This document shows positions 48,623 through 56,452 of a stretch of 61,042 bases of DNA, one piece after another (the stretch's first letter is position 1; each line of letters starts with the position of its first letter). The notes below the pieces were generated by a model, which saw only the letters and a program-made list of their open reading frames with translations, made no database searches and was not told the DNA's origin. The stretch covers positions 1-61,042 of IMG/VR virus record IMGVR_UViG_3300042377_000298; one strand, written 5' to 3'. Source of the DNA: a virus. Its lineage: Duplodnaviria; Caudoviricetes. The position numbers and the translations under genes were made by a program.

Positions 48623-48726
48623 AGTTCGTTTTAGTTTGTTAGATATTTATTTTTTGATTGGAAAATTCGCCCTGTCGTGATTCTCTGGGCTAGAGTGTTT
48701 TTAACCGTCATGACTCGGTGCTGGAG

Positions 48727-48969
48727 TTATGTGCGACTTCTGAAGAATCGCGTATTGTAGCTGTTTCCTGGCTTCGCCTCGCGGAACTCTACGCCTTCCA
48801 TTAGACTACTTCCATGATCCGATTCGACTTTTGCTCTTGAAAGCCATAAGTCTCTCTTGAATCCTACAGAAGATACTAGGTACTTCTGCTCATCTGCATT
48901 GAAGCCTACTATTTTTTTATCGTAGTAGACTGTTCCTATTTCTAGCGGTGTATCGTCAAATATGCTCAT
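48727..48969 (-). CDS. Hypothetical protein
   Basis: ORF in the - strand operon. Confidence 0.55.
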   Translation of the reverse strand: MSIFDDTPLEIGTVYYDKKIVGFNADEQKYLVSSVGFKRDLWLSRAKVESDHGSSLMEGVEFREAKPGNSYNTRFFRSRT

Positions 48970-49001
48970 GGTCGTGCGTTGGTTAATTCTATAGCATTGT
49001 T

Positions 49002-49211
49002 TTAGATGTTGTCATATACAGAAAACCATTTATCAGGAAAATCACAAGGTTCACTACAGTATTTACAGTTTGGACATGTGATTTCTTCCGCATACATTTT
49101 GTGTAGTAGTGTGAATCCGCAATTGCCGCAGGTTACCATGTTGACACTTTCTAGTTTGTTAATTGCTTTTACTAAGCACAGCTGTTCGTCTACTAATAAG
49201 TTTGTTTTCAT
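49002..49211 (-). CDS. Zinc-ribbon protein
   Basis: VTCGNCG...CPNC....PCDFPD. Confidence 0.6.
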   Translation of the reverse strand: MKTNLLVDEQLCLVKAINKLESVNMVTCGNCGFTLLHKMYAEEITCPNCKYCSEPCDFPDKWFSVYDNI

Positions 49212-49255
49212 AGTTTGTTTTTGCCTAGGCTCAGCGTCTTTGCCTGTTCGTACAC

Positions 49256-49288
49256 AAAAAAAGGGAGAGACGGACTAGCCGCCTCCCC
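49256..49288 (-). terminator. Rho-independent terminator
   Basis: On the - strand, GGGGGAGGCGG CTAGT CCGTCTCTCCC followed by TTTTTT. Confidence 0.65.
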
Positions 49289-49309
49289 CAAACACTACAC
49301 ACGGAAAGT

Positions 49310-49705
49310 TTATGGTAGGTCTTCTGTTGCTGGAGCGCCACCTTGACCGATGGCTTTTAGATACAATGCAGATGCAATAAGCTCTTCATAAGCTTCATTG
49401 TCCATGATCTCCATCGTTGCGATATGGCGTGGTGGCATACAGCCTGACGAACGACCACCTCCCGGCAGTGCTTTGTCCCATGCGCGAAGCACAGTGACTT
49501 TGCCAAGCGCGCAAGCAACGTCTAGCGGCAGTCCTGTCGTGGTGATTGATTCACCAGATCGGGCTGCAATCTGTAGCTCTACTTGTGTTGGTGTTGTCAG
49601 TCCGAAGACTACCTTAGCACCAGCAATCGCGCTAGGCATAATGTTTTTTAGCACGTTGAATTCAGCTTCATCACGGCAATGGATTAGTTTGTTTACGTTT
49701 GACAT
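49310..49705 (-). CDS. Hypothetical protein
   Basis: ATG at 49705 after an A-rich leader. Confidence 0.6.
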   Translation of the reverse strand: MSNVNKLIHCRDEAEFNVLKNIMPSAIAGAKVVFGLTTPTQVELQIAARSGESITTTGLPLDVACALGKVTVLRAWDKALPGGGRSSGCMPPRHIATMEIMDNEAYEELIASALYLKAIGQGGAPATEDLP

Positions 49706-49796
49706 ATTTGTATTTAGTTTAGTTTGTTGAGTAGCGTGTATTTGACGGAATACGCAACCTCCGTTGTAATTAACACTTATCAATTACATAACCACC

Positions 49797-51350
49797 TCAT
49801 GCGAAGCTTTCTTTTCGCTTTGCAATCTTTAACGCTTTTGGCAACGAACCAGTCAGTGTCATGGCTGATACGATTGCGTCCAGTTTTGGATAGTCGCGCA
49901 GGCTAAACTGTTTTGGTTGCTTAGCTGGTGCTACTCCACGTTGACCTAGTGCATTTACGCATTGGCTACTAGGCTTAGCCCATATGTGTGATATGGTTTT
50001 GCTTGGGATTGCTGGACTAGTTATCGGCTCTGAGAACTTCTGAACTGGGGGAACATACAGTGTGCTTTCCAAGAATTTAGTCTGGCTAAACGGATTTGGT
50101 GCTGGCATGAAATACTTTTCATACGTTGTGGTAACGCCCATGATGTTTGTAGTGACATTGCGCGTTGAACCCTTCATCTGGAACAAAGGCTTTTCTTTTA
50201 CCTCTGTATAGCAATACGCTTGAGTGTCTTCCAACGCATCGTATTGCTCGTTGTGCATCATACGTGCTACGTAGAACGCTTTTTCGATGTTTCCGTCATA
50301 TTTCTTGACGAGACGCATTGCTGTTTGCTCTACGCGCTGATCAATGATGTCATGGTAGTCTTGTGACTGATATGTTGGAGAACCTGACATGAAGTCAATT
50401 AGGTCACCATTTTCAGCAGCTAACTCCATCACCAACATTTCTGTCGGGGACATGGTTTCTGTGTCTAGTTTGTCAGACATGGCTTCTACCATCATCTGAG
50501 CCTGATGATCACCATCGAACTCGTAACAGTATTGCAGCGAGTGCTCTGAGTCATCCTCTTCGATTATACCCTTGATTAAGGCATACTCTACTTCTGACAC
50601 AGAATTGGATGGATGGTTTGCGTCCGTAGATTTCACAGTGCCTTCCATTGTTACATGGAAAGACGCTGGTGTTATCTTAGGGTCGCGCATCATTGTTATG
50701 AGGACAATCCATTGATTTCCAACACGCATTGCTGTTGATGTCGCAATAAGGTCTGTATCACCAACAATCTGTTGTGCAACACGATTGAAGTCACCACCAA
50801 TTGATCTTCCAAGGCGCGTAGCAACGGATTGCAATGCACTGTTTGGATTGTTGTGCATGATTGGAGAGTATTTCCCATCCTGTGCTCCAAGGTCAACTCT
50901 GATCGAGCCGTGCTTGAAGATGTAACGTGCGGGGCGATGATAAACCGTATTGTTTACCAAGCCACTACGTGTAACTGGACGCTCATATGGAGGCCATAAG
51001 CAAGTTTCTAAGTCATTCCACTTGCCATTAACTTTAGAGCTAACGGTGATGGATTGATGCGACTTACGCAGATTAGCCGCTTTCCATTTCTCTAGCGATT
51101 TGTGCGAAGCAATCACACCAAACACTATGGATATGGCAATCTGTGGATGGTAAGGCTCTTGTGAGGCAACCTCCATTAACTGGCGGCGAACTCGTGATGG
51201 GACACCACCAAACTCCTTAACTATCCACTTCCGCGCATAGCTAGGTAGAAGCCCTGTTTTAAGGTGGGCGTATTCCTGTTCGCTGATTAAGTTTTGATCA
51301 TGTAGGCCAGCGAAACCCGCATAATTTTCTGTATCGTGTTGTGTATTCAT
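49797..51350 (-). CDS. Hypothetical protein (517 aa)
   Basis: Long ORF with no motif I recognise. Confidence 0.7.
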   Translation of the reverse strand: MNTQHDTENYAGFAGLHDQNLISEQEYAHLKTGLLPSYARKWIVKEFGGVPSRVRRQLMEVASQEPYHPQIAISIVFGVIASHKSLEKWKAANLRKSHQSITVSSKVNGKWNDLETCLWPPYERPVTRSGLVNNTVYHRPARYIFKHGSIRVDLGAQDGKYSPIMHNNPNSALQSVATRLGRSIGGDFNRVAQQIVGDTDLIATSTAMRVGNQWIVLITMMRDPKITPASFHVTMEGTVKSTDANHPSNSVSEVEYALIKGIIEEDDSEHSLQYCYEFDGDHQAQMMVEAMSDKLDTETMSPTEMLVMELAAENGDLIDFMSGSPTYQSQDYHDIIDQRVEQTAMRLVKKYDGNIEKAFYVARMMHNEQYDALEDTQAYCYTEVKEKPLFQMKGSTRNVTTNIMGVTTTYEKYFMPAPNPFSQTKFLESTLYVPPVQKFSEPITSPAIPSKTISHIWAKPSSQCVNALGQRGVAPAKQPKQFSLRDYPKLDAIVSAMTLTGSLPKALKIAKRKESFA

Positions 51351-51389
51351 AGTATGTAATGCTAATTTAACCTATAGCGAAGCTTCTTC

Positions 51390-51417
51390 TTGACAACCAT
51401 TGCCAATTTAGTAAGCT
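51390..51417 (+). promoter_or_regulatory. Sigma70-like promoter for the putative TerS (possibly leaderless)
   Basis: TTGACA-N16-TAAGCT, ending 6 nt before the ATG. Confidence 0.5.
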
Positions 51418-51423
51418 AACGCT

Positions 51424-51906
51424 ATGGGAGATTCTATTCAGCCTGTCCGTAAGGGACGACCACCAAAGATCGCAGATCAAGTTTGGTTGGAAATTGAAGA
51501 AAGGTTTATATCTGGTGACAGTTCTTTGAAAGACTTAGCCATTGAGTTCGGGCTTAAGTATCAAACTGTCTTGTCACGAAGCAAAGATAAACGCTGGCTT
51601 AGTGCTCAACGTGTGTCTCGTGCATTAACCCGCACTGATTTACCCCCAACTGATACAGCAAAGCAAATCGCAGATAAATGGGCGGCGAGAAAAGAAGAGT
51701 TTAGAGAGAAGTTATACAAAGGAACAACTAGAGCATTAGACTCATTCTGGCTCATGTCTCCTATCCCTCAGGACTTTGCGGAGGCGGAGAAAGCTATGAA
51801 GATGCTTGATAAAGCCATCAACCCTGAAGAAGGTAAGTCAGATGGTTCTATCAACCTCAGCATTCTTACCAATGGCTTCAACCCAACACCAATCATTGAT
51901 GTTTAG
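51424..51906 (+). CDS. Putative terminase small subunit
   Basis: N-terminal HTH (W.EI...F......LKDLA.EFG...QTV..RS....W), helical middle, beta-strand C-terminus. Confidence 0.6.
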   Translation: MGDSIQPVRKGRPPKIADQVWLEIEERFISGDSSLKDLAIEFGLKYQTVLSRSKDKRWLSAQRVSRALTRTDLPPTDTAKQIADKWAARKEEFREKLYKGTTRALDSFWLMSPIPQDFAEAEKAMKMLDKAINPEEGKSDGSINLSILTNGFNPTPIIDV

Positions 51907-52841
51907 CCAAGTTTAGCGTAGCATTGATTATGGCTATTAAGCTGATATGCTCAATAAAGGCAAAGAAACAGCTAAAATACGCCTAAACAGAGCACACAAT
52001 GGCACTTTCTAGCCCACTTTGACCACTGACTAGGGTGGAGACAGCGGAAACGTGTTACCCCCTGCTTAAATCGGCTTGTAGGAGCACTGTGGGCATGGAT
52101 GTTTAGATGGGATTGCCCTAGGTATTTGCCTGAATGTGGTGATGATGTGTGGTTTATTGGGGGAATAGCAGTACAGATCAACCAAACACTGGTTTATTGC
52201 AGTAGCAAGGGATTTTGTGTTTACGCCCCGTGTGGAGACAAGTCTTGCTGTACTGTTGCCTTAGATTATTGTTGTTACATTGTATTCTTATTAATGAAGA
52301 CAAGTATCCTTACAACCTCCCTAGTGCGTTCCGAATGAAAAGCATTATCTACTCGGAACTTTCTACGTCCATTAAAGAACGACACCTTAGGAGTCAACCT
52401 CCTGCCAGCTTGTTTAGTCTCCCGCTGACACCCGTTAGCCGCTTTCCAGCTGTTCAGGTCTAGTTGAGAGTGTGGAAGATTCACGTCTTCTCGCGTAGCC
52501 CTCTCTTTTATACTGTGATCGGGGAGCGAACAGTGGGCAATGAAAAACCCGTCCGAGATACTACCTTCGAACGGGCTTTCCAACCATGAAACACAAGCAC
52601 GGAAATCTTTGTTATACGGTAGTATCGCAAGAACGAGCAACGATTAATGCATTAATAGTAACTTGTCAACATTTATTTTCTTTGCCTGTTGCATTACCAC
52701 CAAGGGCACTATTAGTGACCTGTCTTTGCCTGCTGATCCTGTGCTGTTAGAGAATTGGATAAGTTAAGTTGTTCTCTGTAATGCGCTTTGCACCCAGACC
52801 TAAGCCCACAAGGTTGTTACGCCCTGTGAGCTACGGTCTGA

Positions 52842-53036
52842 TTACAACTCTACATTACGGAGAGGAACAGTCATGTCACCCCAGCGACTGAAGAGCCTGA
52901 AGAGTGTAGACTTCCTGTGTTGCGATGGAACTTTGAGCAATGTGATAGGCTCAGACTTAGGCTTACGCCCTTGTAGGTATTCCATTGCCGCCAACTGACC
53001 CACTGCACGCAGGTTTCTTTCTTGTTTATTATTCAT
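52842..53036 (-). CDS. Early hypothetical protein
   Basis: ATG after GAAT, stop followed by a CAGAC hairpin. Confidence 0.5.
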   Translation of the reverse strand: MNNKQERNLRAVGQLAAMEYLQGRKPKSEPITLLKVPSQHRKSTLFRLFSRWGDMTVPLRNVEL

Positions 53037-53147
53037 ATTCTTTATTCCTTAACCTCCTTGAACGGAAGGAGTAACCGAGTGTTGCCGTGTTGACACCACC
53101 ATTGCTGTCCACTTTAGTCTGGCTAAAATGAACAGTGTATGGAAGCA

Positions 53148-53387
53148 TTAAACCTCTTGATACAGCTCAAGGAACTTATCAAGAGAGTGCGTCACAGTCG
53201 CCCCAGTGCTCTCGTTAAAGCACAGGACAACCCAATGTAGGGTGGCATTCACAATCCTCCCTCGTCTCGCCGTCAGCTTAGATACCCATAAGGAACCAAT
53301 GCTTGGCGTATCAATTAATGGTTGATCAACCTGCTTGTTTATAATCTCAAGCATTCTCTCAACCCAGTCATCATCAGTGTAATCCAT
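53148..53387 (-). CDS. Early hypothetical protein
   Basis: 'IGSLWVSK...SLDKFLELY' SH3-like pattern. Confidence 0.55.
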   Translation of the reverse strand: MDYTDDDWVERMLEIINKQVDQPLIDTPSIGSLWVSKLTARRGRIVNATLHWVVLCFNESTGATVTHSLDKFLELYQEV

Positions 53388-53502
53388 AGTTAAATACTCT
53401 GTTTTAGCCAACTAAAGTGCGCGAGCAAACACCTTAGCTTCTACTTAACCTTAAGCAGACTACAACCCACCACCATTGGCTGATGATGGGCTGTGTGTCT
53501 GA

Positions 53503-53757
53503 TTATATTCTCACTCTGAAAGTTGCCAATTTTTCTGAGTGAACTACCCTTACTTCATTAGCTTTCGTATGTGGGAGCGCTTTGGAGCTAGTTGATATTT
53601 CGACCCCCCATGGAGTATTCTCCTGAACCTGCCACCTATACCCAAGGTGATCGATCCAGAATGCCCACTCTTCTACACTTAAGTGTTCAAGTGGCAGTGT
53701 TTGAGCATTAACAGAGTAGTCAAATCCAAGCAACTCCTTGATGTTTTCCGTAGTCAT
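53503..53757 (-). CDS. Early hypothetical protein
   Basis: ACACATATG start context, stop followed by a CAGAC hairpin. Confidence 0.55.
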   Translation of the reverse strand: MTTENIKELLGFDYSVNAQTLPLEHLSVEEWAFWIDHLGYRWQVQENTPWGVEISTSSKALPHTKANEVRVVHSEKLATFRVRI

Positions 53758-53908
53758 ATGTGTATATGCAACTGCATGTGCGCGGTGCAGAATCCAATCA
53801 CTGCACAGATAACCAACATCGCTGGTCAGGCGTTGCTCTCCCCATTAGAACTGAATAAGGGGCAGGAAATTCGTGCCAGTTTAGAGACATGGCTGGTCTC
53901 GATGGAGG

Positions 53909-54103
53909 CTACTCCCACATCTCTTTAGATGTGTAGTCCTCGCTTGCCCAATCAGGCACTGGCTCAAACTCGACTGCCTTAGCAGCCTCATAGCTACCAA
54001 GTTTGCCCAGTTCGGTTGCCGCCACTGAAGCAATCCGAAGATCGCCAATGGCAATTGCGTGTGCTTGGATGCAATGCCCAAGCTTTTGTAGTTCACTAGT
54101 CAT
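53909..54103 (-). CDS. Early hypothetical protein
   Basis: ACACGAATATG start context. Confidence 0.5.
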   Translation of the reverse strand: MTSELQKLGHCIQAHAIAIGDLRIASVAATELGKLGSYEAAKAVEFEPVPDWASEDYTSKEMWE

Positions 54104-54165
54104 ATTCGTGTATGGTTTGGTTCAAGCTGGCCTACCAACGTGGTAGGTTGCAGCGAGAGGAATAT

Positions 54166-54238
54166 GACGCAACCCCCATCACCTTTCGGTGACAGGACGC
54201 TTTGGGCTTAATGTCTGTTTAACGTCGCCCAAACGACG
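54166..54238 (-). ncRNA. Pistol self-cleaving ribozyme
   Basis: CGUCG UUUGGG CGACG UUAAACAG ACA UUAAG CCCAAA GCG [10-bp P3, GAAA loop] GU UG matches pistol architecture. P2 is imperfect. Confidence 0.8.
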
Positions 54239-54271
54239 GAGTAGTTTTAACGCCTTGCTCAGGGCGAAGTC

Positions 54272-54520
54272 TTACCAATTACGATCTATCAAGCAACGCT
54301 TAATGATCTCTGATATTGTCTCATCAATCTCATTGATTGCGTGATTGATGAAGCCTGAGCCTGAACCCATTCCTGCTCTCACGCTTCGGCAGTCAGCCTC
54401 GTGTCTTTCTTCAAACGGGAACGATCCTTTAGGTAGTAACGCTCTCAAGCCTTCCTTCCTTGCTTGTAGTTGATTGATCGCTAACGCGGCTGTCTCTGGT
54501 AGTTGTAGTGTAGTATTCAT
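54272..54520 (-). CDS. Early hypothetical protein
   Basis: ACACACACATATG start context. First gene of the - strand block. Confidence 0.55.
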   Translation of the reverse strand: MNTTLQLPETAALAINQLQARKEGLRALLPKGSFPFEERHEADCRSVRAGMGSGSGFINHAINEIDETISEIIKRCLIDRNW

Positions 54521-54715
54521 ATGTGTGTGTGTTGTGTGTGTAGTCTGAGGGGCGGCGGGTGTCACCTGACTCCCCTACTCCGCTGCATCGACTACACAGA
54601 TGGAACAGAAGGTTTATGAGAAAATTTGTGAAAAAATTCATGAAAAAATTCTAATAAAAAAATCCAACTAAAAAAATCCCTTGAGTGTGTAGGGGGTATG
54701 GGGTAATAAGGGTGC

Positions 54716-56443
54716 ATGGATAAGTATGGGTATAGCTGGCCGATGGGGGTGAACCAGTTAACGATTGAGTTGTGGTGCTATGCGCACAGGAGTTGTGGTG
54801 TTGATGAGAAGTGGGGGCATTTTAAGAACATAGTTGATTTGGCATTTAATGGTGAGGGGAGTATTCGGAGGGTTGTTTGGAACAAGTGGACAGACAAGAT
54901 GATTCGGAGTGCGATTGGTGATGGTGGGAAGAAGAGGTTTTTGGGAATTGCTGGTTGTTCGTCTAGTGGTAAGAGTGATGGATTTGCGTTGTATGCTTTG
55001 GTGGAGTTTTGGAGTAGGCCAGCAGACACGTATGTGTTTGTGATGAGCACGACAAAGGCAGATGCTAGGAAAAGGATTTGGAGAAGTATTACGCAATTGT
55101 TTACGCAAGCGCAGAGGATGGGATGTCCGGGCAAGTTGGTTGATAGCCTTGGGGTGATTCAGGGGGTTAACAAGATGGGCAAGCTGACAAGGAACAGTGG
55201 GATTGAGTTGGTGGCTGCAGGGAAAGCGGAGGCTGGAGAGGCAAGCAGTGGATTGATTGGTATTAAGAGTCCTAATGTTGTAGTGATTGCAGACGAGATG
55301 CCAAACCTTGGAGATGGTATTTTGGAAGCTGCTTGGGATAACCTTACGTCAAACGATCGGGTGTTCTTTGGTGGGTTGGGGAATCCGAATTTGTTTAGTG
55401 ATCCATTTGCTGATTTGTGTGAGCCTATTGGTGGCTGGGCTACGATAACAGAAGATGATGAGGATTGGAAAACAAAGTATGGAACATGTATTCGATTTAA
55501 TGCTGAGAAGAGTCCTAGGATTTTAGAACCTGATGGAGAGAAGTATTTCTGGCAACCAGACCAACAGTATTGCGATAGGATTTCTGAAGCTAGGGGTGGG
55601 AAGAAGAGCCGAGGGTATTACAGGTTTGTTAAAGCATTTTGGTGTCCTGAAGGTGCTGGCAATACAATTTACCAAGAGAGTGAGTTTCTTATTAACAAGG
55701 CAACAGAGAATCAAGAACCTGAATGGGATGGGACACCAATTGTAATTACTTCGCTAGACCCTGCATTTACTCGTGGAGGTGACAGGGCATACACAGGCAT
55801 TGCTAAGATTGGCAAGGTTGCAGGACGTGACCACATGCACGTCTGTCAATACAGGGGGCTAGAAGAGGACACTTCTGATAAAAAAAATCCTTTGTCCCAT
55901 CAATTAGTAATTCAATGGAAAGAGTTGGCTACAGATTGGGGAGTAACGCCATACAGGGCGACGCTAGACGGCACAGGAAGCGGGATTAGTTTTGGACACA
56001 TAGTTGACGCGCTTTGGAGTCCTGCTGTCTCTAAGGTCAATTTTAGCTCAAAGGCTTCAGGAAGAAAAGCGTTCTTCCGTGGGAAGGAGGTTGAGTATTA
56101 CAACAAGAACAGCGAGTTGTGGATTCAGCCAAAAGAGTTTATTCGTGGTGGGCAGATAACGGGAGTCAGCAAAGAGTTAATGAAGGAGCTTTGCACACGG
56201 CAGTATTACTCAAAAGAAACTGAAAAGCTGCGCGTAGAAAGCAAGGACGAGCACAAGAAGAACAATAATGGAGAGTCATGCGACATTGCTGATATGTTCC
56301 TTATGTTAGTGGATAAATCTATTGCTTTGGGAATGTTTCATTCCGAGGAAGTTAAGAACGTAACTAAGGTGACAGGAAAGAACTGGAGAAAATTAGTTAA
56401 GAAAAAACAAATAAATGCTTGCTGTGGTAGAAAATTAAGGTAA
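54716..56443 (+). CDS. terL: Terminase large subunit
   Basis: Walker A GCSSSGKS, Walker B VIADE, LGNP motif; nuclease LDPA...GD, LDGTG, DIAD. Confidence 0.92.
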   Translation: MDKYGYSWPMGVNQLTIELWCYAHRSCGVDEKWGHFKNIVDLAFNGEGSIRRVVWNKWTDKMIRSAIGDGGKKRFLGIAGCSSSGKSDGFALYALVEFWSRPADTYVFVMSTTKADARKRIWRSITQLFTQAQRMGCPGKLVDSLGVIQGVNKMGKLTRNSGIELVAAGKAEAGEASSGLIGIKSPNVVVIADEMPNLGDGILEAAWDNLTSNDRVFFGGLGNPNLFSDPFADLCEPIGGWATITEDDEDWKTKYGTCIRFNAEKSPRILEPDGEKYFWQPDQQYCDRISEARGGKKSRGYYRFVKAFWCPEGAGNTIYQESEFLINKATENQEPEWDGTPIVITSLDPAFTRGGDRAYTGIAKIGKVAGRDHMHVCQYRGLEEDTSDKKNPLSHQLVIQWKELATDWGVTPYRATLDGTGSGISFGHIVDALWSPAVSKVNFSSKASGRKAFFRGKEVEYYNKNSELWIQPKEFIRGGQITGVSKELMKELCTRQYYSKETEKLRVESKDEHKKNNNGESCDIADMFLMLVDKSIALGMFHSEEVKNVTKVTGKNWRKLVKKKQINACCGRKLR

Positions 56444-56452
56444 TAAAAGCCC

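Noticed and set aside
51972-52640. Short ORFs on both strands
   Set aside because: Mutually overlapping, with poor start contexts and composition. The region is better explained as non-coding.
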